64,000 nt of DNA. It comes from Parcubacteria group bacterium (lineage in GTDB: Bacteria; Patescibacteriota; Minisyncoccia; 2-02-FULL-40-12). A model generated the notes under the pieces. The model saw only the letters and a list, made by a program, of their open reading frames with translations, searched no databases and was not told the origin of the DNA. The stretch is from positions 11,470 to 75,469 of the forward strand of contig JACPLU010000002.1 of assembly GCA_016186395.1 (NCBI GenBank), written 5' to 3'. Made by a program: the position numbers and the translations under genes. This document shows positions 8,509 to 18,966 of the stretch, piece by piece. The first letter of the stretch is position 1. Every line of letters begins with the position of its first letter.

Positions 8509-11500
8509 TCAAAAATTCTTTTTATCGATAGGAGGCATTTCGCATACCGGAAACTCTTCGGATGGTCTTTCTGGCGGAGGAGTTGCAAAAACACTAACCG
8601 AGGACGAACACCTTGTAGCTCCGTTATTACAGCTTAGTGAGTATACAGTGCTACGGTGGCTAGAGCTTGGAGTAATTGTTTTCTGGCAACTTTGTTTATC
8701 ACAAGTTACCAAACCGCTCCATTCACTGCCCGAAGGAAACCTAGAAGCCTGACAGTCAGAAACATTATTAAGTCTCCACTCTAATTCAGCAGATTCACCT
8801 TGAGGAATTCTGGACGGCACAATGTTTAAGATACAACTTTTTGTTCCCCTTTCTTCAACTATAAGATTAACCCGACAAATGGCCGAACTGTTTTGGACGT
8901 TAGCCGCTGTTGCCCTAATTTGAGCATTATAATTTCCCGCTCTAAGATTAGAAATATTTATTCCAATAACGCTTTTCACTATGCGATCTTGTTCAATATG
9001 ATTTGTGTTCCCAATAATGCTTGTTTTATTAATTACGCCCAGATTCAACCAACTGGCATTTTCAACTTTCTGAAAATTTAATTGATCATGTCTAGCCTCA
9101 TTTGATCCTCCAGTTATATCAAGGTATAAATCTTCTACTGTCGGCGGTGGATCTCCTATTTGATAGTTAAAATTAAGAACAGATGAACCTTCTTTAGAGG
9201 AGCACCCTAAGACGGCTTCATTGGGTTCCTTATCTTGGTCAACATTAATAACCGCATCACAGGTTGCCTGATTTTCATTTCCTCTCACTAGCATTGTATA
9301 TTTTGTTGTTTTATCAGGTGAAACAATTGTATTACCAGAAGAAACGTTATTAATTTTAATAATCCGACTATCAAGATTATTACTTATCTCCCCTTCTTCT
9401 GCTCCGGTAGATGCCCAAGCTAAAGTGGAAAACTGGCCATTGATAATATTTATTGGGTTAGCCGTTAGGTTACAAGAGATGCTCTTATAAACAAACACAG
9501 CTTTTACTTTATCGTTGTTACCTACATTAGAAACAAGCGATGGAATCTTGTCACTCTCTGTGAATAATTTATCTGTCCTGCCATTTGGATGCTCGATAAA
9601 GATCTCTATATGATTAAAGACTGCTTTTGAATTTCCGGGAAAGAAATCATCAGCTGGCCTTTGGATTGTCCAGCTACCGGTTGCATAACCATCTTGATAT
9701 CCGCTTTGAGGCCAAGGTACAATATTTTGACTTTCAGTTTTAGTTGGAGTTACAACATGCCATTGATTCTTAAATACCCCGGACTGATTTTCTGCTGAGT
9801 CTATCCTAGCCTCAACTCTAAGTGAAGCGGTTTTCGTTTTTCCAGCCTCGTCAACTTTTAAAATTACATTGCAAACAGCTTGACCCTGAATATTTCTAAC
9901 ATTAGTTGCTTTAACCAAAACTCTCGCATCATAAATTCCAGCTTTAAGACCAGTTATATTAACTTGGGCTGATTTTTTAACCAAATTATTTGTCTGATTG
10001 GTGTTACCGGTTATCTTTAAAGGCAGGGCTCCAACAAGACTAAGCCAATTGGCTTGATCCAATTTTTCCATAGAAAAACCTTCATGAGGTATGTATTGAG
10101 AGACAATCGGACCATCTTCAATTTTTAACAATAAATCTTGAACAGACGGATTAACTCCACCCGCAGTAGCTTGAAATTGAAGGTCAGTACAACTTAAAAT
10201 CGGCAAGTCTGGAACCGGAAACGGTAAAACATCTACTCCACAAAGGGCTTTTTGGTCACCGCTTGTAACTTCAGTCGGCAATTTAAACCCCGGCAAAAAG
10301 AATCTTGGTGAATAAACTTTACTGGTACTAAGCGGTGGAGTTGCACCTAAAGGACCTTTCCACTGATAAACCCCATTCCCTCCATTAGCAGTAAAATTAA
10401 CTTGTTCAAATTGAAGAATTCTTTGTTTATCTGAAGTACAGGTTAAAATTTGATTTTTGACAGTAATCCTTATGGTTACTTCGGTTTCACTTCGCCCATA
10501 ACCACTTCTGCTTAATTGATCGCCAGTATTGTATCTCACCCCCGTATCCTGTATGTTCGGAAACTCTAAATAGACCGGACCGGCAAACTTAACTTTGGCT
10601 TCGTAAACCCCCGGCGCTAAGTCCCTTACACTGTCACTTAATACAAACTTAACTAGTTGATCTTGAGTATAAACAGAAAATGGATGGCTGGGGTTGGCTG
10701 TACATTTATTACCAGCTGATCGCTCACAATTAGTTAATTTAGCTACTTGGGGAAACTCGACTGTCGAAATCCAACCACCTCCCTGCTTGTATTCAATTGA
10801 ACCTTCCTGTTTCCAACCGGCTATTACTTCCGGGTTAACTGATTGATCCAAAAATGGTTTGGCCAAATTTTTAATAGAAGTTTGTAAGTTAGGAAGCGTG
10901 GTTCCACTACCCTTAATAACCGTACCCTCAACCACCAAAGGTTGAGCGTTAAGATTGGTAACCCCGCAGTTTCCATAAACCCAGCCAATTAGTACATTAG
11001 TTAAGGGATCATTTATGCCCGGGGTCATGCCTTCATGCTTAACAGAACCTTTTAAATCAAAAATATTCCATCCATCGTGAAGTGCTGTATTAGTAATAAA
11101 ACTGGCTTCGGCTGATTTGTAATTTTGAGTGTCTAAAATATTGCTAATATTTCCAGCCAGACCTCGCGGTCGGTTAATGCTTTGCCCATCATACCTACCA
11201 TAACCCCACTGGGCCGGTAATTTTTCAAAACCTTGTTCATAAAATTTAAGAGGTAAAGATGTGTCAGTGGCTCGAAATAAAAAAGTGGCTTTTCGTGAAG
11301 ATAATTCGCAAGCAGACCAGCCAATATCTCTACCAAAATATAAATAATCTAAATTAAAAGTAAGGACTTTGCCATTTTCTAAAATTGCTTTATCTCCCCC
11401 ATTTCCTCCATTATCTGAATTTATTCGCCAGAGGGCATGAACATTTCCATTTGTATGGGTTTGAGCTTTTATAACCCAACTTCCAGCAGGCACATTGTTT

Positions 11501-12621
11501 AAAACTACTGGATTTTCATGACCGGAAATCTGGGAACTATAATATGGCTGTTTACTAACATCTCCATCCGGACCGTAAAGAGCAAAACTGACTCCAACTT
11601 GTTCTGGCCAAAGTTTATCTTCAATATTTGTAAAAACCTTAATCGTACTTACTCTACTTAGTACCGTCTTGTAAACAAGAACTATTTTAATTTTTTCGTC
11701 CTTATTCGTTTGTAAACTAAATTCCTGACCGCCGCCGCAGTTTAAAAAACACTGATCGTTTTTCCAAAATTCCATATATTCATACCTGGCTTCAGTACCT
11801 GGAAACTTTTCGTCGTTCGGAGGATGGGCTTGCCAAAGACCTATCTTATATCCAGATTTATAATTATCCGGATTAGAATCCGGCCAAGAAACACTTTTTT
11901 CCTGTTCCGTAATAGTCGGTGTTATAACACGCCATGAATCTATAAAATTCCCGGCCCGTGTTTGATTATCAACACTTGCTTCAACTCGCAACTTTGCAAA
12001 AAGTGTCGGAGGCTGAACAACAAATTCTAATTCTGGTATCGCACAAATGTCAGGATCGTCATATAGATCAGTATGAGCAATAGCACACAACGAAAGTGTG
12101 TGTCTACCAGGAGAAAGATTGGCAACAGAAATAGCACAATTAGCGGAAGGAACGGAACAATCAAATGAATAAAGATACTCCTTTTCAGTACCAGATCTAT
12201 CAGCGCAAGTTCTATCTTGTCCTATCTGAATTCTGGTAAGCGGGACAACCCCGCTTCCGTTTGTCCCGTTATCAATTTTATATTGAGCTCGGTCAGTCAA
12301 CCGAGAAATCCCACCAGTTTCATTGGGCACATCAGCAACTAAAATTGCCGCATCATAACGAAAAACGGCTGGTGCTGGACAAACCTGCCCCTGATTATAA
12401 ATCCCGCCATGGGCAGTACCGTCCATAAAAAGCTGTGAGCCGTCAGTAGACTGAACCAGTTTTTCAATCTCAATTCCGGCCTTTACCTTAATAGGCCCCG
12501 ACGGTTGACTTTGGGCTTCAACATTAGAAAAAACTAAAAGCAGACCAATTAATACAATTGAAATCCCAAATGGAAAGTATAGTTTTCTTAAACCCTTGAT
12601 CATCTTACAAACTGTAGACAA
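8509..12621 (-). CDS. Giant (1370 aa) secreted multi-domain surface protein with internal duplication; putative adhesin
   Basis: Signal peptide ...FSNVEAQS; two related ~150-aa segments (SVDNQTRAGNFIDSWRVITPTITEQEKSVSWP... vs RIDSAENQSGVFKNQWHVVTPTKTESQNIVPWP...); Cys pairs and beta-rich composition. Confidence 0.5.
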   Translation of the reverse strand: MSTVCKMIKGLRKLYFPFGISIVLIGLLLVFSNVEAQSQPSGPIKVKAGIEIEKLVQSTDGSQLFMDGTAHGGIYNQGQVCPAPAVFRYDAAILVADVPNETGGISRLTDRAQYKIDNGTNGSGVVPLTRIQIGQDRTCADRSGTEKEYLYSFDCSVPSANCAISVANLSPGRHTLSLCAIAHTDLYDDPDICAIPELEFVVQPPTLFAKLRVEASVDNQTRAGNFIDSWRVITPTITEQEKSVSWPDSNPDNYKSGYKIGLWQAHPPNDEKFPGTEARYEYMEFWKNDQCFLNCGGGQEFSLQTNKDEKIKIVLVYKTVLSRVSTIKVFTNIEDKLWPEQVGVSFALYGPDGDVSKQPYYSSQISGHENPVVLNNVPAGSWVIKAQTHTNGNVHALWRINSDNGGNGGDKAILENGKVLTFNLDYLYFGRDIGWSACELSSRKATFLFRATDTSLPLKFYEQGFEKLPAQWGYGRYDGQSINRPRGLAGNISNILDTQNYKSAEASFITNTALHDGWNIFDLKGSVKHEGMTPGINDPLTNVLIGWVYGNCGVTNLNAQPLVVEGTVIKGSGTTLPNLQTSIKNLAKPFLDQSVNPEVIAGWKQEGSIEYKQGGGWISTVEFPQVAKLTNCERSAGNKCTANPSHPFSVYTQDQLVKFVLSDSVRDLAPGVYEAKVKFAGPVYLEFPNIQDTGVRYNTGDQLSRSGYGRSETEVTIRITVKNQILTCTSDKQRILQFEQVNFTANGGNGVYQWKGPLGATPPLSTSKVYSPRFFLPGFKLPTEVTSGDQKALCGVDVLPFPVPDLPILSCTDLQFQATAGGVNPSVQDLLLKIEDGPIVSQYIPHEGFSMEKLDQANWLSLVGALPLKITGNTNQTNNLVKKSAQVNITGLKAGIYDARVLVKATNVRNIQGQAVCNVILKVDEAGKTKTASLRVEARIDSAENQSGVFKNQWHVVTPTKTESQNIVPWPQSGYQDGYATGSWTIQRPADDFFPGNSKAVFNHIEIFIEHPNGRTDKLFTESDKIPSLVSNVGNNDKVKAVFVYKSISCNLTANPINIINGQFSTLAWASTGAEEGEISNNLDSRIIKINNVSSGNTIVSPDKTTKYTMLVRGNENQATCDAVINVDQDKEPNEAVLGCSSKEGSSVLNFNYQIGDPPPTVEDLYLDITGGSNEARHDQLNFQKVENASWLNLGVINKTSIIGNTNHIEQDRIVKSVIGINISNLRAGNYNAQIRATAANVQNSSAICRVNLIVEERGTKSCILNIVPSRIPQGESAELEWRLNNVSDCQASRFPSGSEWSGLVTCDKQSCQKTITPSSSHRSTVYSLSCNNGATRCSSSVSVFATPPPERPSEEFPVCEMPPIDKKNF

Positions 12622-13132
12622 GATTTACCAAAACATTTTTTTGTAAATCCATACTCGCGCTAAAAACAAAAGTTTCATTCTTAGAACCCACACCGTATAA
12701 AGCTACAAAGTCCTTATCACTGGTTTTATTGGTAATTTGATAAGCAGATGTCTTTAGAAAGTTTTCATAGATTGCTAAATTCTCGTTCAGAGTTTTTTTG
12801 GAAACAAATTGTACAGAAACCAAATTTTTAGAAGAGTCAAGATATTTCTGTTTAGAAGAACCTAAAATCTGAACTCCGGCTTCAATCGGCACGTTAGATG
12901 GAAATTCTTTTTTAATAGTTTCTATATTTAGCGGCAAGGAAGAAACTAAAACTTGGCTAGGTGAGGATAGACTCGGCATAGGAGTAGGCTGTTTTTTGAA
13001 ACGAGACACAAAAACGCTTCTAAATACAAAGGCGGCCAAACCAATTAATACAATTATTAACAAGATTAAAAAAGTCTTTTTATTGGAATTCTGATTCTGA
13101 CTCACGTTGATTTGATTTTCAATTTCAGGCAT
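12605..13132 (-). CDS. Hypothetical membrane-anchored protein
   Basis: Single N-terminal TM (FLILLIIVLIGLAAFVF) then a soluble domain; 17-nt overlap with upstream giant gene. Confidence 0.3.
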   Translation of the reverse strand: MPEIENQINVSQNQNSNKKTFLILLIIVLIGLAAFVFRSVFVSRFKKQPTPMPSLSSPSQVLVSSLPLNIETIKKEFPSNVPIEAGVQILGSSKQKYLDSSKNLVSVQFVSKKTLNENLAIYENFLKTSAYQITNKTSDKDFVALYGVGSKNETFVFSASMDLQKNVLVNLVYSL

Positions 13133-13182
13133 CTGTATAATCCGGACTCAAGAACTATTTTTGATAGCCCCTAAATTCTGAT

Positions 13183-14634
13183 TTATTTAAAATAGGTGTC
13201 ATAACACCATTGAACGCGTGGCGCAAAAGATCTTATTTGAGCATACGTATTTTCTGAAAATGTTTCATTTGGCTTATCAACGTCACTACAAACGTTGTGA
13301 GGCGCTGGACCACTCCATAAACATTCCCAATTCTTAGTCGGTTCATTATTGTTCGGACAAATAGAACAGCTTTCACTGCCACTTTCAGTACAGGCTGAAC
13401 TTTTTTCACAAACTGATTTTCCGCCCAAGAACCCAGCGGCAATGTCTCTAACATCTTTTGGGCCCGAACCGCAAACGGCTATTAAGTTTTGACTATTAAT
13501 CCAGGCTCCGGCTAAATTGATAATTTTTTGAGTGTTATCTATATTTGTTAGCCAACTTTCACCAATACTTTCATTTATTCCCACCAACGATTTTAATTGG
13601 TTTGCCTTAGCAACCGTAAATTGAAAGATTCCGAAACGATTTTCGTTCTCTACAAGAGGATTACCGCCGGATAAACGGGCGGCTAAAGATTTTAATAAAC
13701 TCATTGATTCAACTTGAGTCAACCCATTAATTTGAGGAATTCTTAAATTTTCGAACAATTTATTAACCTGATTTGGACTGCATTCATCTTCGATAGAGCC
13801 GCATATCGGTAAATTTGAATCCGAACATTGAGCACCCAAACAAGTTCCACATTGAAGCGGATCTTGAACTTTTACAGTACAGACCGCTGTTTGATTTTCA
13901 TTCCCTCTTTTAACTTCAGCAGTAAATTTACCTTTAGGAAGACTGACTTTTAATGGGTTGCCGTTTCGAGAAACTTTTACTGTTCCGTCTGAATTTTGTA
14001 TACTCCAATGATATTCCCCCTCTTGACCACCTTCCGCCGTTAAATCCACTTCCACTTCCGTTTGATTTGAACTTTCCAAATATTTTGTTTGATCTTTCGG
14101 CTTACAAATTAGTTCGCCAGGAACACCGCCGTCTCCTTCACCGCAATAAATTGGGAACGTATACCATTTGGCCGGCACCTCTCCAAAGTCAGAAGAAAAA
14201 CCGACATATTTTGAAACTTGAGATAAAGCTGAATTTACAATTAACCACGAACCAAGAATCAAAGCTACGCCGATACCAGTCGTTCGCAAAAGTCCAATTC
14301 CCTTAGCCACCCAGATAGTACTTCCTGAACCGAACAAAATCATTGCACCCCCTGCAACAACAAAAACTATTGTAAGAGGCGGGGTGACATCTTTCAAAAT
14401 AAAATCAGAAATATTCTGACCAAGAACAAAAAAATGACAAGTACTACATTTTTCATTTGGTGTACCTTTCTGATCCTGCCGACCACAAGGTACTAACGGT
14501 GCAGCCCAAACAAATTGAACTACAAAAGAAAATAAAATCAGCGATACAAAAAGAATCGCAAAAAATGCAATCAAATAATGATTCCTAGAATAAAATTCCT
14601 GAATCATCTTTAAATTCATTATACAAAATGCCAC
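13183..14634 (-). CDS. Membrane protein with N-terminal multi-TM module and large Cys-rich extracellular domain
   Basis: Hydrophobic segments at N-terminus; many Cys (CSTCHFF, CGEGDGG, CGTCLGAQC, CSICPNN) in C-terminal 350 aa. Confidence 0.35.
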   Translation of the reverse strand: MAFCIMNLKMIQEFYSRNHYLIAFFAILFVSLILFSFVVQFVWAAPLVPCGRQDQKGTPNEKCSTCHFFVLGQNISDFILKDVTPPLTIVFVVAGGAMILFGSGSTIWVAKGIGLLRTTGIGVALILGSWLIVNSALSQVSKYVGFSSDFGEVPAKWYTFPIYCGEGDGGVPGELICKPKDQTKYLESSNQTEVEVDLTAEGGQEGEYHWSIQNSDGTVKVSRNGNPLKVSLPKGKFTAEVKRGNENQTAVCTVKVQDPLQCGTCLGAQCSDSNLPICGSIEDECSPNQVNKLFENLRIPQINGLTQVESMSLLKSLAARLSGGNPLVENENRFGIFQFTVAKANQLKSLVGINESIGESWLTNIDNTQKIINLAGAWINSQNLIAVCGSGPKDVRDIAAGFLGGKSVCEKSSACTESGSESCSICPNNNEPTKNWECLWSGPAPHNVCSDVDKPNETFSENTYAQIRSFAPRVQWCYDTYFK

Positions 14635-14658
14635 AAAAAAGAGTTATCCCCTCACACT

Positions 14659-14693
14659 AAAACCCCGCCCCTGAGTTCAGGGGCGGGGTTTGT
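14659..14693. terminator. Bidirectional Rho-independent terminator (perfect GC hairpin)
   Basis: aaaccccgcccctgagttcaggggcggggttt with U-rich flank on minus-strand transcript after 3D-domain gene stop. Confidence 0.5.
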
Positions 14694-14714
14694 AAATTCT
14701 CCTTATATCTTCTT

Positions 14715-15308
14715 TTATATCAATTCAATCACTATCTGTTTGACTCCAAATTGTTTAGCTTCATTACGACTGGGAAACCATATATCAACGCGGTTAGAAT
14801 ACCGCTTATGCATTCTATCCTCTACCACGAAAACTTTGTCACCATAGACTTCTGGAATTCTAATCAAAGTACCTATTGGCAAGAAGTTTGCCGCTACAAC
14901 CCCGTCCCTTACATGAGTTCCAGACGCAGTAATAAACGGTGTGCTATCGGTTTGATCAGGGGTTGAAGAATAAGCTGTTGCTACTACATTGTATTGTCTT
15001 TTTACAACTTCCTTAATCTGAATATTTTTCTGAACAGCCAAAGGAGACTGAATAGACAACAAACTATTTCCATAAATAAACTTACTAAAACTCTGTGGTT
15101 CGGGTTCAAGAATTTGATCACTACTATCTGCTGTACCTGAATATGAGTCGGCGCTAGTTGCTGAAAATAGACTGGCTAGCAAGGAGCCAGAATTACCAGT
15201 TATGGTTAAAAGCCCTGCTTGAGCCGAAACTGGGGATAATGAAAATAAACTAAATGCTATAATAAATGTGGCGATAAAACGCCTTAAAATATTCATTGAA
15301 TTGCGCAC
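14715..15308 (-). CDS. 3D-domain (RlpA/MltA-like double-psi beta-barrel) secreted protein
   Basis: Signal peptide; C-terminal VVEDRMHKRYSNRVDIWFPSRNEAKQFG fits the 3D (Asp-Asp-Asp) domain pattern. Confidence 0.45.
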   Translation of the reverse strand: MRNSMNILRRFIATFIIAFSLFSLSPVSAQAGLLTITGNSGSLLASLFSATSADSYSGTADSSDQILEPEPQSFSKFIYGNSLLSIQSPLAVQKNIQIKEVVKRQYNVVATAYSSTPDQTDSTPFITASGTHVRDGVVAANFLPIGTLIRIPEVYGDKVFVVEDRMHKRYSNRVDIWFPSRNEAKQFGVKQIVIELI

Positions 15309-15571
15309 GTTTTCTAAGCCCTTCTACCCTTGTCACTTTGTGACAAGGAAGCTAGAAAATATGCGTGGTTCTTGCAGAAATGGCCTAATTTAGGCCTTTT
15401 TTGCTTACCCTCACACCATTTTTGGGTGTGTTTGGGCAACTAAAAACCGCTTTTGGCGGTTCTAATACTTTATGATCTAATTATAGCAAATGGGTAGAAA
15501 AAGTCAACTCCGCCCTTTAAGCTCAAGGGTGGAGTCAAATTCTTATTTTTCCCTTGTTTTGGCCGACTAAT

Positions 15572-16627
15572 CTAGAAAATACGGGGGAAATAACTTCTAG
15601 TTGGAGTTGGTCTTGTGGTTACGGTCGGACAAATAAACTCACAGTTTGGACCAGTGCGACCCACATAACTACCGTCTGGACATCGTCTTAAATCTTGAGG
15701 GCAATAAGTTGTTTGCGTAGGCGTTGGGGATGTAGTTTGAGTAGAAGTAGGCGTTGGACTTGGACTAGTTTTTTTACCACAGTATAAAAGAATATTTTTT
15801 AACATTTGAGAATTACTTCCGTCGTCCAAACCTATCTGGTAATATCCGCCGTCCTCATCATCAATAAATGAATTTACATCAGAAAATAAAACCACAGGCC
15901 CGGACCCAGCACCCAAAAAATTCCTATCTATAATCGTTACCGAAGGAGCGTCTCTATATGGAGAACCTGGAACATAAGCATTACGTGCCAGTATTTTTGT
16001 ATACGAAGGCATAGAGGTATACCATCCGGGATAATTTTGGACAAAAGAACTAACTCCATTTAATAACGGATGGCCGATTGATGTAATAAGCCTGTTGTAA
16101 TCTGGTCCATCATCAGTACCAGTTACAGATACATTGAACGGACTAACAAAACTCCTATTAACTATGGAGGCACTTCCGTCAGTTTCATCCGTATAAGTAT
16201 CGTTATCAGTAAGAAGAACCGCACAACCGCCGCCCAACACAAAATTCTTTAACGCTGTTTGCTCAGATAAAGAAAGAGGATCAACTGCATGAGCATTATC
16301 TTTTGCAACCCCCACAAAAAGTATATCCAATGAATTCAACCCAAAAGATGTAAGAATTTCAAGCTCCGAATAAGTTGCAAAAGGGAAATTTTCAGATATG
16401 ACTTGCCTTGCTTTTTCCATTCCAGATCCTTGAGCTAATGCAAAACTTTCTCCTCTTGTTTCATCCCAGGTTCCAATTTTTAAATTCAAATTCGATAAAA
16501 CCGCTTTCCCAGTAGAAAGAGAAACATTAATTTGTTGGTTGCCAATAAGACCCTGCTGAAAAGCAACGCCTAAAACAATCGAACCGACGATAGCGATAGT
16601 GACTGTGAGCCCAATAGTTCTATCCAT
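15572..16627 (-). CDS. Secreted protein with Thr/Pro-rich linker and C-terminal Cys-containing module
   Basis: N-terminal TM/signal; PSPTPTSTQTTSPTPTQTT linker; C-term CPQDLRRCPDGSYVGRTGPNCEFIC. Confidence 0.35.
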   Translation of the reverse strand: MDRTIGLTVTIAIVGSIVLGVAFQQGLIGNQQINVSLSTGKAVLSNLNLKIGTWDETRGESFALAQGSGMEKARQVISENFPFATYSELEILTSFGLNSLDILFVGVAKDNAHAVDPLSLSEQTALKNFVLGGGCAVLLTDNDTYTDETDGSASIVNRSFVSPFNVSVTGTDDGPDYNRLITSIGHPLLNGVSSFVQNYPGWYTSMPSYTKILARNAYVPGSPYRDAPSVTIIDRNFLGAGSGPVVLFSDVNSFIDDEDGGYYQIGLDDGSNSQMLKNILLYCGKKTSPSPTPTSTQTTSPTPTQTTYCPQDLRRCPDGSYVGRTGPNCEFICPTVTTRPTPTRSYFPRIF

Positions 16628-16926
16628 CTCGTTAGAGGTAGCCCGCCCAAGGTCCTTCGGATCGCGCGTAGCGCGCAGCAGACGAGCCCCGTTAGAGATA
16701 AGAAATTTAGATTTCTAGCTGATTCGAGATTGTGAATCGGATCTCAAACGGGGCGAGACCTCCAACGGGATCCATATATCTATTTTAGAGACAATGGTAA
16801 AACTTGCAATAAACATTATCCACCTCAAACTCAAGAGTCCTTTACAGCAGGGCCAATAGAGAACATTGGAAAACTTTGTTCAATGAAATCTATGGGTATT
16901 TTATTAGAAATCCAGACTTTTAACTT

Positions 16927-17748
16927 TTAATGCTCTCTAGAAATATCTTCGTAATAAAACGGGTCAATCCAGACATAACTTCCATCATCTTTTTTAATAA
17001 AATTGTCTGTTTTTATTGCCATTTTTAATCTGTTCGCTAAATCAATCCTTATATTCTTCCATAGTTCATCTTTCTCGATCTGTTTCTTCTTTATGTATCC
17101 CACCAATAATTCGACGAGTTTTGATGCCTTTGCTAGTACTTCTTCTTGCGAAGGTTCCGTTCCGTTTTCAAATTTAATACAAGAAACCTGTCCTGATGCA
17201 AATAAAAATGTTGGCATTTTTATGCCTAGTTTATTTAATTCTTCCCTTAAATCAGCTTCAATAGACTGTGCCTGAAGCATCTCATTAATATAGGGCTGAG
17301 AAACATCACCGAAATGTCTCATTTTGGGAACTTCCGTTTTTAAGATATACTTTTCTTCTCCTATCTCTAAGACATAAACCTTAGATTGTCCACCTCTTGT
17401 TAAAGCCTTTAGTTTGGCACCGCTGGACAAGTCAACCCATTCTTTAGGTTTCATGGTACCTTCTTGAAAAGTATTCTCTATTTCGATAAGACCCCTTTCG
17501 ATCTCTTTCAATAATCCTGGGTAAGATTTAATTAGCCTCTCACCAAATGGAGAAAGCAACAACGATGCTTTTATCGCATCGTAATCTCTATCAAAATAAG
17601 ATAAGTCAGGAGACCTAAAAAGACGATTACCAAATCTGTCTCTGCCGTTTTTCTCTTCTTTAAAATGTTTTACGGTTGCCGTTTTGTCTTCTCTTAATTT
17701 TTGTTCCGCATACCTTTCTGGCAGCGGCGTTTCAAATCTTGGTGGCAT
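16927..17748 (-). CDS. Hypothetical protein with protein-kinase-like ATP-binding signature
   Basis: RGGQSKVYVLEIGEEKYILKTE resembles glycine-loop plus VAIK lysine; later DLANRLKMAIKTDNF...WIDPF resembles catalytic/DFG-like segments; weak. Confidence 0.25.
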   Translation of the reverse strand: MPPRFETPLPERYAEQKLREDKTATVKHFKEEKNGRDRFGNRLFRSPDLSYFDRDYDAIKASLLLSPFGERLIKSYPGLLKEIERGLIEIENTFQEGTMKPKEWVDLSSGAKLKALTRGGQSKVYVLEIGEEKYILKTEVPKMRHFGDVSQPYINEMLQAQSIEADLREELNKLGIKMPTFLFASGQVSCIKFENGTEPSQEEVLAKASKLVELLVGYIKKKQIEKDELWKNIRIDLANRLKMAIKTDNFIKKDDGSYVWIDPFYYEDISREH

Positions 17749-18164
17749 ATGGTTAATTTAAAAAAATGGCAGGGGTTAAGGGATGCGTTCAGAACTATAA
17801 ATTGGGCTATTATTAAGCGTGATTTACAGCCAATCGCATCCTTTGGGTTTAATTAACCAAGTATAACAAATTCAGAAGGCCTATCCAGATTGGCTTTCTG
17901 AATAGGCCATTGTGGCCACTAGGTCGTGACCAGCTCTTGAAGGCCACAGTGCGAACAATCCATCTCCTCTCTTGTGCCCCGAATGGGCTTATATCTCGCC
18001 CCTTGATGGTTGCACTTCGCCTGAAGAACACCCAGAAGCCTCGAACCTTCAGCTTCGTTTAGTATCCCAGAGGCAACCATAGACCCGATGGCTCTCCTGA
18101 TCGAGCGTATCTCGCTTCTACTGAGTTGTTTCATCCTAAAGACCTCGGAGTAGATATAGCATAC

Positions 18165-18950
18165 TTACTGGCCTTCTACCAAATTCCTGAGATGACTAAT
18201 GTCTTGCTGGCAAATCTTGCAATCACAGCCTGTTTTCTCTATATCTATTCGTCCGCCTAGCTTATTCAATATATGGTCAATCATTTTCGTCCAATGGGTA
18301 AATTTGTCATCCATATTTTTGGCCGACAGAATTTTGGTCAAAATATCCCTGAGCTTAGGATCCCACTTCTTTAAGTCTGACAGCGTCTTCTTGTTACTGG
18401 TGTGCCAGCGACCGACTATCTCATAATACATATCAAGAATATCTCGCAGTCCCGTATGCATCACGTGATTAGCAGCAACAGGATCAGTATGTAAATGCCT
18501 TTTCACCTTTAAATCTTCATTTAGAATAACAAACCTGACCCAGTCGTGTTTGGATTTAGAATATTTTTTAGGAAGCCTTCTCTTTTTTGCGTCGGCAATA
18601 AGGTCTTTTAGTTTTCCATCTTTATCAAACAAGACTATGGACTCGGAAACAATAGGTATTCTCTTTGCTCGCTCGAGTTCCTTTTCAGTATCTTCTCTTA
18701 ATCTTTCTATAGAGTTAAAGCTTATATCAAGTTTGATCCCGTCAATTCTTATATGGTTAAGCTCAGAATGGTCTTTTCCACCAACAACAACCTTTACGTC
18801 TATGTCACTACCCTTAACAAACTCTCCTCTCACGGATGAACCAAAAATAAGGCAAGCTCTATACCTTTCGTCATCTTTAAGCTTTTTTAGAATACTAAAA
18901 ACTTTAGCAACACGACGATTAAGTTCTTTGTTGTTGGAGTATATGGACAT
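18165..18950 (-). CDS. Nucleotidyltransferase (Pol-beta superfamily, MNT-like) domain protein
   Basis: LIFGSSVRGEFVKGSDIDVKVVV = GSxxRGE...SDIDV NTase motif; last gene of a 6-gene minus-strand block. Confidence 0.55.
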   Translation of the reverse strand: MSIYSNNKELNRRVAKVFSILKKLKDDERYRACLIFGSSVRGEFVKGSDIDVKVVVGGKDHSELNHIRIDGIKLDISFNSIERLREDTEKELERAKRIPIVSESIVLFDKDGKLKDLIADAKKRRLPKKYSKSKHDWVRFVILNEDLKVKRHLHTDPVAANHVMHTGLRDILDMYYEIVGRWHTSNKKTLSDLKKWDPKLRDILTKILSAKNMDDKFTHWTKMIDHILNKLGGRIDIEKTGCDCKICQQDISHLRNLVEGQ

Positions 18951-18966
18951 AAAAGAGTTTTGACAC

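Noticed and set aside
8501-8752. Plus-strand 83-aa ORF
   Set aside because: It lies entirely inside the 3' end of the 1370-aa minus-strand gene, its composition is implausible, and it is likely a spurious antisense ORF
13953-14306. 117-aa plus-strand ORF and other short antisense ORFs listed inside long genes
   Set aside because: They are embedded antisense to well-supported longer ORFs with no independent signals
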